A DNA stretch of 64,000 nt, taken from an uncultured Bacteroidota bacterium (lineage in GTDB: Bacteria; Bacteroidota; Ignavibacteria; UBA10030; UBA6906). The translations under genes and the position numbers were made by a program. Positions 40,429 through 49,364 of this stretch are shown here, one piece after another. The stretch spans positions 1,120,001 to 1,184,000 of the forward strand of contig CAVOYH010000003.1 in the NCBI GenBank assembly GCA_963700635.1. Reading direction: 5' to 3'. The notes under the pieces are model-generated. The model made no database searches and was not told the origin of the DNA. It was given only the letters and a program-made list of their open reading frames with translations. Numbering within the stretch: position 1 is the stretch's first letter; every line of letters starts with the position of its first letter.

Positions 40429-41724
40429 ATGGACATTCGACTTCCGCGGCTGGGTGAAGGAACCGATTCCGGCACCGTCGCATCAATCTTTGTCAAAGAA
40501 GGAGATCGCCTGACAAAAGACCAGGCGATTCTCGAACTTGAGAGTGAAAAAGCCGTTGCGTCAATACCTTCACCCGCCGGAGGTGTTGTCAGCAAGATTC
40601 ACGTGAAAGAAGGCGATGTTGTTAAGGTTGGCCAACTCCTGGTGAGCGTAAACGACGGATCCGGAGTAACCCCGGACCAACCCTCCATGGAGACGCGTGG
40701 TGACGAAGAACCTGCACCGTCACCACAGCCCGGGCACTCCGGAGTCCCGCAGGCGGCAGCACCGGTTCGTATGGAGGCTGCCGCTCTCGCACCCGTGAGC
40801 GGGCCTTTGCCTCCCGCATCCCCCACGATCCGGAAAGTTGCGCGCGATCTCGGCATAGACCTTCGCAGAGTGAAAGGCAGTGAAGCCGGGGGACGCGTGG
40901 TGCTTGAAGATCTCCGGCGTTATGTGCAATGGCTGCAGGAGATGGCTTTACAGCCTCCGCCGAAGACAGGCGCCGGTCCTGCGCCCGCCGTGCCAGCGCC
41001 TGTGATTGACTTCTCACGCTGGGGTCCTGTGCGTACCAGTCGAATCACGACTCTCCGCAAAACGATCAGCACGAAGATGGTGGAAGCGTGGACCCGCGTC
41101 CCGCATGTGACACAATTTGATGAGGCAGATATATCCGGGATCCTTGCACTCCGTAAGAAGTACAGCAAGGCGTACGAGAAGCAGGGCGTCCGGCTTACGC
41201 TGACGTCGTTTGCCTTACGTGCTGTCGTCAATGCATTACGGAAGCATCCCGTCTTCAACGCGAGTATCCAGGAAGCGACGGGCGAAATTGTCTACAAAGA
41301 ATACTTCCATATCGGACTTGCCGTCGATACCGATTTTGGTCTGCTGGTTCCGGTGATCCGTGAGGTGGACAAGAAGACCCTCGTCCAGCTTTCTGCTGAC
41401 ATACAACTTCTGGCCGACAGGGCGCGCGAACGCAAACTCGCCATTGAAGAAATGCAGGGAGGCACATTCAGCATTTCCAATCAGGGTGGGATTGGCGGAG
41501 GATTCTTCACGCCGATCATCAACACTCCCGAGGTTGCGATCCTCGGCATGGGACGGGGTGTTGCGCGGCCCGTCGTCCGCGAAGGCAAGATCGTCGAGCG
41601 ATCCTTGCTGCCGCTCGGACTCTCCTACGATCATCGGCTGGTGGATGGTGCGAATGCCGCGCGGTTTATCGTTGACCTGGTAAGCGAGTTCGAACAGTTT
41701 TCCGAAGATGATGTTAAGATTTGA
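40429..41724 (+). CDS. aceF: Dihydrolipoamide acetyltransferase (PDH E2), single lipoyl domain
   Basis: Lipoyl ESEKA, E3-binding ASPTIRKVAR, catalytic DHRLVDG. Confidence 0.92.
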   Translation: MDIRLPRLGEGTDSGTVASIFVKEGDRLTKDQAILELESEKAVASIPSPAGGVVSKIHVKEGDVVKVGQLLVSVNDGSGVTPDQPSMETRGDEEPAPSPQPGHSGVPQAAAPVRMEAAALAPVSGPLPPASPTIRKVARDLGIDLRRVKGSEAGGRVVLEDLRRYVQWLQEMALQPPPKTGAGPAPAVPAPVIDFSRWGPVRTSRITTLRKTISTKMVEAWTRVPHVTQFDEADISGILALRKKYSKAYEKQGVRLTLTSFALRAVVNALRKHPVFNASIQEATGEIVYKEYFHIGLAVDTDFGLLVPVIREVDKKTLVQLSADIQLLADRARERKLAIEEMQGGTFSISNQGGIGGGFFTPIINTPEVAILGMGRGVARPVVREGKIVERSLLPLGLSYDHRLVDGANAARFIVDLVSEFEQFSEDDVKI

Positions 41725-41744
41725 AGAGGGATAACGTGAAAACC

Positions 41745-43152
41745 ATGACCACAGATGTCGTTGTAATTGGCGCGGGACCCGGAGGGTACGCTGCTGCGTT
41801 TTATGCGGCGGACAAAGGGAAAAGTGTTGTGCTCGTCGAGCGGGATGATCGCCTTGGTGGCGTGTGTCTCAACCGGGGGTGTATCCCGTCCAAAGCCCTG
41901 CTCCATGCGGCCAAACTGCTTGAGGAAGCAAAAGAGTCGGCCTTCAGAGGGATACACTTTGAGGCGCCACGTCTCGATGTGAAACAAATGCGGGCATGGA
42001 AAGACGGCATCATCGGAAAGCTCGCAGGCGGGGTCAGCACGCTGGCGCAGCGAAGGGGTGTGCAGGTTCTCCAGGGGAAAGGCTCTCTTTGAAGACTCCA
42101 CCACGCTCCGTGTGGAAACTCCGGGGGGGCAGCAATTCCTCAAATTCGGCCGGGCCATCGTGGCGGTAGGATCACAGCCCGCAATGCCGTCAACCTTCGA
42201 TCTGGGCAACCCGCGTGTTATGACGTCAACGGAGGCACTGGAAATTGAGACTATCCCCGAACAACTTCTTGTGGTCGGGGGCGGCTATATCGGGATGGAA
42301 CTGGGGACAGTCTATGCTGCACTCGGCAGCAAGGTCGTCGTGGTGGAAGCGCTCGAACATGTGCTTACGGGGGCTGATCAGGACCTGGTCCGGCCGGTCC
42401 TCCGTCGGGCCGGACAACTCTTCAAAGAGATCCGCACCAGTGTTAAGGTACTGAAGATGGCCACGTCCGGGAAACGGATCAACGTCGTTATGGAGATGAA
42501 CGGGGAAAAGCGGGAAGAGCTGTATGATGCGGTGCTTGTTGCGGTCGGGCGGACTCCCAACTGCGCCGATCTTGGTCTGGAAAATACCCTCGTCGCCCGT
42601 GACCCCAGAGGGTTTATCGTGGTGAATGACCGTCAGGAAACCGCAGACCCTGCCATTCTGGCCATCGGCGATGTGGTCGGTGGAGTGATGCTCGCACACA
42701 AGGCGTCAAAGGAAGCCCGTATCGCTGTAGAAACCATTATCGGAGAGCAGGTTGCCGCCGGCGGTGCGATCATTCCTGCCGTGGTATTCACCGACCCGGA
42801 AATTGCCTGGGCGGGTTTAACGGAAACGGAAGCGCGGGCCGCCAACCGCCCGGTGGAAGTAGCGAAGTTTCCATGGACGGCGTCAGGCAGGGCGCTGAGT
42901 TTTGACCGGACCGACGGGTTGACGAAACTGATTATCGATCCGGAATCGGAACGAATCCTGGGGGTCGGACTGGCTGGAGCTGGTGCAGGTGAGTTGATCG
43001 GTGAGGGAGTCCTCGCGATCGAGATGGGTGCGACGGCTTTCGACCTGTCACAATCCGTACATCCTCACCCGACGCTTTCGGAAACCTTGATGGAATGCGC
43101 TGAAGCATTCTACGGACACGCAACACACATCGTGACGAAAAAGAAGGAATAG
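41745..43152 (+). CDS. lpdA: Dihydrolipoamide dehydrogenase (E3), split by a 1-nt insertion near 42075-42081
   Basis: GAGPGGY and GGVCLNRGCIPSK in the first ORF; GGGYIG and HPHPTLSE in the second; the join restores QGKALFED. Confidence 0.92.
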
Positions 43153-43166
43153 GCCCGCAATACTCT

Positions 43167-43742
43167 CTATTGCAGCGCTGTCTCAACGGCGCTGATCACT
43201 TCCTCCGACATCGGCTTTACTTTGGTGCCGAACCGCCCGATTACTATTCCATTCCGGTTCACCAGATACTTCGTGAAATTCCATTGTATATCACCGGCGA
43301 ACTCAGAAGTCGAGTCTGGTGATGTAAGATACCGGTAGAGCGGGTGCTGATCTTTTCCCTTGACCGAGATCTTCGAGAACATATCGAACGTGACGCCATA
43401 GGTCGAGGTGCAGAACTCCTTGATCTGTTCGTCAGATCCCGGTTCCTGTCCGCCAAAATTGTTGGCGGGGAATCCAAGCACGACAAATCCTTTGTCGTGG
43501 TATGCGCGGTACAGCTTCTCGAGTTCAGCATACTGCGGCGTGCTTCCGCATCGGGATGCAACATTGACGAGTAACATCACCTTTCCCCTGTATCGGGAGA
43601 GAGGAACCTGCTTGCCGTCAATGTCCACCATGCTGAACCCAAACACCCCCTGGGCTGTGTTCGCCTGTTTTTGACCCTGCGCTTCAGCCGTCCCCGCCAT
43701 CATCATGAATGCCATAAGACTCATTCCAAGCACCTTCAACAT
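43167..43742 (-). CDS. Exported glutathione peroxidase family protein (Cys type)
   Basis: NVASRCG, LGFPANNFGGQEPG and IQWNFTKYL motifs; signal peptide. Confidence 0.93.
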   Translation of the reverse strand: MLKVLGMSLMAFMMMAGTAEAQGQKQANTAQGVFGFSMVDIDGKQVPLSRYRGKVMLLVNVASRCGSTPQYAELEKLYRAYHDKGFVVLGFPANNFGGQEPGSDEQIKEFCTSTYGVTFDMFSKISVKGKDQHPLYRYLTSPDSTSEFAGDIQWNFTKYLVNRNGIVIGRFGTKVKPMSEEVISAVETALQ

Positions 43743-43794
43743 TGTGACTCCGGTTCTAAATGAATTTCTGTAATGCCATTAGCACTACTTCTTA

Positions 43795-43820
43795 AACCTT
43801 TTTGTCACGGATTCGGTTCC
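43795..43820 (-). promoter_or_regulatory. Putative ECF sigma promoter GGAAC-N18-GTT for the peroxidase
   Basis: Minus strand GGAACCGAATCCGTGACAAAAAGGTT, about 50 nt upstream of the ATG. Confidence 0.45.
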
Positions 43821-43864
43821 GTGCGCAAAATCGACCAAAGTGTGGTTGAATCCGGCGGTTTTAC

Positions 43865-43893
43865 TTGACTTTTTGCGAATCGTTAACTACCCT
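43865..43893 (+). promoter_or_regulatory. Sigma70-type promoter
   Basis: TTGACT-N17-TACCCT upstream of the DksA-like gene. Confidence 0.45.
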
Positions 43894-43995
43894 ATATCAG
43901 GCACGTGTACTGTTCTTATAGAACCACGTCGTGTGTCATCTAGTTGTTGCGGTCGACTACCACGGTAGAGATCCGTGAGAGAGGGGGAATGGTTC

Positions 43996-44349
43996 ATGAA
44001 AAAAAGCAAGCGTATCATGCGACGCTCGATCCTCTCGTGTTTGTACTCGCATCTTGCGGATGCGTACGGACTGGAGCTGTCTGAGGATTTGTTTGTGCAG
44101 GGAAAGACATCAATACGGGATATTGATGCACTGCTTGCCTTCAAGAGCGACCCTCGTCTGGATGAGCTCCGGGGTGCGCTGGACAGACTCGAGTGCGGAA
44201 CGTTCGGTCAGTGCCTTGCATGCAAAGAGCCGATCGATCAGGATCTTCTCGACGCAGATCCAACACACCGCTTCTGTTCCCGATGTGAACGACTCTACAG
44301 TCATGTGATGGCACGGGAGATCCGTTTATCGGTGTCCCCGATGCAGTAA
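43996..44349 (+). CDS. TraR/DksA-like C4 zinc-finger protein (atypical)
   Basis: ALDRLECGTFGQCLACKEPI..PTHRFCSRC. Confidence 0.8.
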   Translation: MKKSKRIMRRSILSCLYSHLADAYGLELSEDLFVQGKTSIRDIDALLAFKSDPRLDELRGALDRLECGTFGQCLACKEPIDQDLLDADPTHRFCSRCERLYSHVMAREIRLSVSPMQ

Positions 44350-44434
44350 GCTGAACTGATGCCATCGTCGCACCGGTGCGCCGTGCCGCATCCATTGCCT
44401 TCCCCTTCACCTATCGTTGTGCACATTCCCGGCC

Positions 44435-45343
44435 ATGAAACGAGATCTTGTCTCTTTTGCCCTCTGGACTCCCGAAGACATCCAGAAGATATTTTCCCTG
44501 ACACGTGAGCTGCAGAATGATACACATGCTCACCGCCAGCCGCTGGCAACAAAAACAGCGGCGTTAATTTTCGAGCGGGCATCGTTACGAACCCGCGTTT
44601 CGTTCGAAGTGGGGATTGCCCAGCTCGGAGGCCATCCGGTGTTTCTCCATCAGGAGTCCATCGGGATGGCAACGCGGGAGTCGGTACACGATATCGGATC
44701 TATCATCTCGCAGTACACGGACCTGATCGTTGCCCGTACGGTGCATCATCAGACGTGTGTCCAGCTTGCCGAAAGTGCTTCGGTACCGGTGATCAATGCG
44801 CTGACCGATCTTCTCCATCCCTGCCAGGTGCTGGCTGATGTGTTCACACTGATGGAGCTCGACCGGTTCTCCAGGTCAATGAAGATTGTCTTCCTGGGCG
44901 GCGGCAACAACATTGCGAATTCCTGGCTCGAATTCGCCACAAAAATCCCCCTCCACCTCGTGCTCTCATGTCCGCCGGGATACGAACCCCATCCCCGAAT
45001 TGTAGAAGAAGCGCAGTCGGCCGGGGTGAGTACTATCGAGTTCATCGTTGATCCCATCCGTGCTGTGCGCGAAGCAGGGGTTGTCTACACGGACGTCTGG
45101 CCGCAGGCCAGGGTTGGTGAAGAGGATGGACGGCGCCTGGCCGCTTTCAAACCTTATCAGGTAAACCGCACGCTTCTGAACCACGCGCATCCGGAGTGTG
45201 TCGTCATGCATCGCCTTCCCGCCAACCGAGGGGAGGAGATCACCGGTGAAATGCTGGACGGCCCCCAGTCCGTTATCGTGCAACAAGCGCGTAACCGGCT
45301 CGATGTGCAAAAAGGCATCATGACATTCCTTCTCGGCGCCTGA
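44435..45343 (+). CDS. Ornithine carbamoyltransferase-like protein with divergent acceptor site
   Basis: SLRTRVSFE, PVINAL, HPCQ and YTDVW are retained, but the protein has HRLP instead of HCLP and no SMG. Confidence 0.85.
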   Translation: MKRDLVSFALWTPEDIQKIFSLTRELQNDTHAHRQPLATKTAALIFERASLRTRVSFEVGIAQLGGHPVFLHQESIGMATRESVHDIGSIISQYTDLIVARTVHHQTCVQLAESASVPVINALTDLLHPCQVLADVFTLMELDRFSRSMKIVFLGGGNNIANSWLEFATKIPLHLVLSCPPGYEPHPRIVEEAQSAGVSTIEFIVDPIRAVREAGVVYTDVWPQARVGEEDGRRLAAFKPYQVNRTLLNHAHPECVVMHRLPANRGEEITGEMLDGPQSVIVQQARNRLDVQKGIMTFLLGA

Positions 45344-45361
45344 GTCTGGTTGTCTGAAATA

Positions 45362-45455
45362 GTGGGCAATGCCCACGAATGTAGACGATTCGGCATACCA
45401 ACCTCTCTGCAACCGGGCCTAAAACCCCAATTTCTGCTCTGGCACACGTATTGGT
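45362..45455 (+). promoter_or_regulatory. Sigma54-like promoter with upstream palindrome
   Basis: TGGCACACGTATTGG at 45440-45454 (non-canonical -12); perfect GTGGGCA-A-TGCCCAC at 45362-45376. Confidence 0.4.
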
Positions 45456-45500
45456 GCACTCTCTGGTAGATGAGGTGTATCATAACGTAGTGAGGTACTT

Positions 45501-46799
45501 ATGAAACGACTGGGACTTCTACTCGCGACCCTGCTGGCATTCGGCCTGCTGACAATCGGACCCGCCAGAGCCCATGCGGGCTTCGGGATCACGTTCGGAG
45601 TGTTCTATTCATCGCTGGGCTCACATGGTGAATGGATCTCTGTCGATGCCGGCGTGTATGCGTGGCGTCCCATGCGCGTGGCAACAGGGTGGAGACCATA
45701 CTGGAACGGTCGCTGGATGTGGACCGATGATGGTTGGTATTGGGATTCCGACGAACCGTGGGCATGGGCCACCTACCATTATGGCCGGTGGTATTTTGAC
45801 GACTACTATGGCTGGATCTGGGTTCCCGGATACGAATGGGCCCCCGCCTGGGTGGAATGGCGGTACGGTGGCGACTACGTTGGTTGGGCGCCTCTCGGTC
45901 CGTATGCCGTATTCAACACGCATTTTGGCATCCATTATACGCGCCACTGGGTTACACCCTACCACTACTGGTCTTTTGTTGACTGCCGTTATATCAACCG
46001 CCAGGATGTACGCCAGTACGTGTATCGGACCGATCACAACACCCGGTTCATAGGGCGGACGCGCACGGCGGGGAGTGTCCGGTGGGACAACGGACGTATT
46101 GTAAGCCGCGGTCCCGAGACACGATACGTCGAACGGCGTGGAGATATCCGCATCCCCCGCACGGAACTTGTCGAAGTCCAGAACAATGATCAACTTCGTT
46201 CTGTGCGGACCGGCGACCGGGTTGGCGTGTATCGTCCGCGCGTTGAAGAACGTCGCGGGGACACCCATAGTGAACGGCCTGACAACATCCGCGACCGGGA
46301 GCGTATGCCTTCTCTCGATGCCCGCCAGATGGATGTGCGGAGCCGTGATGTGTCGCGTGAAAAGGGGCGAGAAGTCGAACGAATGGAACCGAGAAGGGCA
46401 AGGCCGGGTGATCCGCGGACTTCAGAAGGTAATACTGGCTGGTTCGAAGTTCCCCCCCGTAACAACCGCGAAGGAGAACGTTCGTCGCAGCCGGATGTAC
46501 GGAGCCGCCGGGAGGAAGAACGCTCGTCGCAGCCGGATGTACGGAGCCGCCGCGAAGGAGAACGCCCGCCGCAGCCGGACATACAAAACCGCCGCGAAGG
46601 AGAACGTTCGAGTGTGGAAGGCCGGACGCAGCGGCCTACGCAGAGGACGTCAGAGGGGAGCGCTCCACGATCGCAGGATCGCCGTTCGCCTGAACGGATT
46701 GAACGTCCGGCGGACCACCGGCCTTCGGGAGGTCAATCGACGGGGAGATCCGGCGGACGCGGGACCGAGGGCTCCCCGACACGTGGAAGGCAACGATAG
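45501..46799 (+). CDS. Exported DUF6600-like (W/Y/P-rich) protein with disordered R/E/S tail
   Basis: Signal peptide; WRPYWNGRW, WATYHYGRW, WIWVPGYEWAPAWVEWR, VGWAPL. Confidence 0.85.
   Translation: MKRLGLLLATLLAFGLLTIGPARAHAGFGITFGVFYSSLGSHGEWISVDAGVYAWRPMRVATGWRPYWNGRWMWTDDGWYWDSDEPWAWATYHYGRWYFDDYYGWIWVPGYEWAPAWVEWRYGGDYVGWAPLGPYAVFNTHFGIHYTRHWVTPYHYWSFVDCRYINRQDVRQYVYRTDHNTRFIGRTRTAGSVRWDNGRIVSRGPETRYVERRGDIRIPRTELVEVQNNDQLRSVRTGDRVGVYRPRVEERRGDTHSERPDNIRDRERMPSLDARQMDVRSRDVSREKGREVERMEPRRARPGDPRTSEGNTGWFEVPPRNNREGERSSQPDVRSRREEERSSQPDVRSRREGERPPQPDIQNRREGERSSVEGRTQRPTQRTSEGSAPRSQDRRSPERIERPADHRPSGGQSTGRSGGRGTEGSPTRGRQR
46467..46613 (+). repeat. In-frame 42-bp tandem repeat, about 3.5 copies
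   Basis: Encodes REGERSSQPDVRSR / REEERSSQPDVRSR / REGERPPQPDIQNR / REGERSS. Confidence 0.9.
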
Positions 46800-46883
46800 A
46801 ATAACATAGGACGGACGCAGTCTGCCAGCGCCCCTTAACGGAAAGCGTGTGTGACTGAGGTTCATAAAAGGCCGCATGCCGGC

Positions 46884-47774
46884 CTATTGCCCTGCAACAA
46901 AATCCTTTTTCCGCTTCAAGACCTGCTCCGCACGCCATGTATACATTTCATAAACCTGGGTGTTGCGGGAAGTGATGACGGTCACCATAGTGTTGCCAGG
47001 AGTGAGGTGGAAGCCCAGCTGAACCCCATCGACATCCAGCACGCCAAGAAGCGGTGGGATGGCCGGGAGCGGGGTGTCAATAAATTCGTCACACTGCAAC
47101 GTCGCGAGTGACGAAAGGAAACTCCGCACGACATCATCCTTCACCGGCGCATCGTCAACCCTCCATACCGTGTCCTGCATGCTCAAGGTAAAGGTGGTGT
47201 CACCGTAGTGGAAGCGAACAGAGTGAATGGCCTCCGGGGTGAGGGAGAGGATTGCCTTGTCCCTCCAGTCGCGTACGGGCTTTGAGAAAAAGTGCCCGAG
47301 CATACCCTCTGCAAGAAACACATCAGTGTCACCTTCACGCCGCACATAGGTGTCTGTAGCGGGCGAGCCGGGTTTTCCAATCCAGAATGCGGCACGTTCG
47401 GCGCCTGCCCCGTATATCCGGACCAGGGTGCCGGTCGAGTCGACCTGGAAAAGTTCCTGCTTCTGCGGATTGGAGGAGATGAGACTCGAGAGTTTGATGG
47501 ACTTTCCTTTGCCCACGGCTGCCTCAACGCCTCTGATATCTGCGGGCGCCCGGAGAGGCGCGGTGAGCATCCAGCCACTTCCTTCCTTCCGGAGCTCAAT
47601 GTTTCCCGTCGGGGCAACGATGTCGATACGGTCCACGGAAACGGAATCATACGTGAACAGCAGATCTCCCTCTCCTGGCGACACACTGTACTCCCCCGGT
47701 AAGCGCAAAACAACTACCACAGCGACGACGAGGAGCAGGAGAATTACGACGAGGATCCATGTGCTGCGTGTCAT
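46884..47774 (-). CDS. DUF4340 domain protein
   Basis: N-terminal TM anchor, WMLTAP..PAD, YVRREG and DWRDK motifs; last gene of the Gld-like operon. Confidence 0.82.
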   Translation of the reverse strand: MTRSTWILVVILLLLVVAVVVVLRLPGEYSVSPGEGDLLFTYDSVSVDRIDIVAPTGNIELRKEGSGWMLTAPLRAPADIRGVEAAVGKGKSIKLSSLISSNPQKQELFQVDSTGTLVRIYGAGAERAAFWIGKPGSPATDTYVRREGDTDVFLAEGMLGHFFSKPVRDWRDKAILSLTPEAIHSVRFHYGDTTFTLSMQDTVWRVDDAPVKDDVVRSFLSSLATLQCDEFIDTPLPAIPPLLGVLDVDGVQLGFHLTPGNTMVTVITSRNTQVYEMYTWRAEQVLKRKKDFVAGQ

Positions 47775-49357
47775 TGTACCTCCAGAGCTTTCTTTCGTGC
47801 CTTACGCATACGCCAGCGGATGGCACCATACCCGAGGACAAGAAGGGGTGGGGTCACGAGGGTGGCATACTTGATGATCTTTCTCGTCCCGTCTTCAAGC
47901 TGTTCCAGCGGGGGCAATGTTGCATCCTTGGTGCGAATGGTAATGAGTCCGTTTTCATCCACCAGGTAGTCCACCATGTTTGCAAAGAAGGTCACGTTGT
48001 CGCGACTACCTCCCATAAACTGGTCCCGGGCAAAATCGCCGTCCCCGATAAGAACCACGCGGGTGTCCGGACTGCGCGTAGCGGGGTTCGTGGAAGGAGG
48101 TTTTGAACCAGGGGTGGTGTCCACCGGAGCGGGTTTACCCGCATAAAGACTTGTGAAAGAGCCTTCAACAACTGCGCCGAGGGGAAGAGAGCTTTCCGGA
48201 AATTCTTCCCGGGTGTATTGCTGGAGAGGATCAAAAAGAAACATCCCTGTTTGTCTTCCGCTTTGCTTCGAGGAGCGCACAAGAATCTCCGCATGAAGTC
48301 CTTTTGCACCGACGCCGACCGTATCGATCGAACTGACAAAAAACAGGACAAGATTTTGCAGATCCTTCACCATCATGTTCCCCTTGCTGAAGCTATTCAC
48401 CCGCGGGAGATAGGGGAAGGGAACCTGTGACTGGATGTTGAAGCCGTACTGCTGCTGGACGATGGTAACACTCGCGCATTGCAGGTCGCGCACAAGATCG
48501 GCGTTTATTCGGAGGCCGTATTGCCGGAGCATGTCGTCCAGATTCAGGTCAAGGGCTCTTCCAAAGCGGTTCTGGAGATTTGCATCGATACGGTTCAGCA
48601 GAAACGCCACCTTCCCGCCCCGCATAAGATATTGATCAATGTGAAACTTGACCGGTTCAGGCAGCGGGGATGAGGGTGCAAGAACAAAGAGCGCCCCGAG
48701 GTCGGGGGGAACCGGCGTTCCTCCGGCCACATCCACCGGAACGAGCTCATACTGTTTTTGAAGAAGTCCCTGTACAAGGGAGAGTTCCTGGAGTTCCGGC
48801 ATACCGGACCCGGTGAGGAAGCCGATCCGGCGTTTTGTGCGGTTGGTGAGGCGTTGTACCGTACTGCTGATCTCATATTCCAGCGTGGCGGTGTTCTGAA
48901 TGACGGGCAGGACCTCTTTGCGGTCTTCATAGAAGAGCACCATGCCCATGTAGGCCCGTTTGACCTCGAACTTGTCCTCATTGACCACCTGCACCTGGAC
49001 GGGGGCGACGCCCTGCTGCTGGGCCGCCTGTTCTTCTTTCTCTCCGGTTGGATCGATAAATTCAAACTGAAGATTGCCCTTCGAAAAGGCCCGGTATTCG
49101 TTAAGCTGGTCGAGCAGCACACGCCGGTGATTATTGTACGGAGCCGGGAGGTCTTCCGTGAAGTAGGCTTTGACGGTGACTTTGTCATCGAGTGACTGCA
49201 TAAGGCGCTTGCTGGCCTCCGCCAGAGTAAACTGCCCGTTGCGGGTCATGTCGATCCGATCAAACCACCGCACCGACACAAAATTCAGGAGAATCAGAAT
49301 CGCCAGGACAATACCGAGGCGGATCAATGACTGGGTTTTGCGGGTTCTTTTTATCAT
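47771..49357 (-). CDS. gldG: GldG-family ABC transporter substrate-binding/auxiliary protein
   Basis: RIDMT..FTL, EFIDP, LEYEIS, IDQYLMRGG and IGDGDF..NMVDYL motifs. Confidence 0.85.
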   Translation of the reverse strand: MIKRTRKTQSLIRLGIVLAILILLNFVSVRWFDRIDMTRNGQFTLAEASKRLMQSLDDKVTVKAYFTEDLPAPYNNHRRVLLDQLNEYRAFSKGNLQFEFIDPTGEKEEQAAQQQGVAPVQVQVVNEDKFEVKRAYMGMVLFYEDRKEVLPVIQNTATLEYEISSTVQRLTNRTKRRIGFLTGSGMPELQELSLVQGLLQKQYELVPVDVAGGTPVPPDLGALFVLAPSSPLPEPVKFHIDQYLMRGGKVAFLLNRIDANLQNRFGRALDLNLDDMLRQYGLRINADLVRDLQCASVTIVQQQYGFNIQSQVPFPYLPRVNSFSKGNMMVKDLQNLVLFFVSSIDTVGVGAKGLHAEILVRSSKQSGRQTGMFLFDPLQQYTREEFPESSLPLGAVVEGSFTSLYAGKPAPVDTTPGSKPPSTNPATRSPDTRVVLIGDGDFARDQFMGGSRDNVTFFANMVDYLVDENGLITIRTKDATLPPLEQLEDGTRKIIKYATLVTPPLLVLGYGAIRWRMRKARKKALEVQ

Positions 49358-49364
49358 GATGTCT

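Noticed and set aside
43167-43742. Selenocysteine glutathione peroxidase
   Set aside because: The active-site codon is TGC (Cys) and the frame is uninterrupted.
44435-45343. Putrescine carbamoyltransferase completing an agmatine deiminase pathway
   Set aside because: It is unlinked to aguA, AguB already handles N-carbamoylputrescine, there is no carbamate kinase nearby, and it lacks HCLP and the aromatic loop of PTCs.
46467-46613. Direct repeats as a possible CRISPR array
   Set aside because: The 42-bp units are contiguous, in-frame and degenerate, with no unique spacers and no cas genes; this is a coding tandem repeat.
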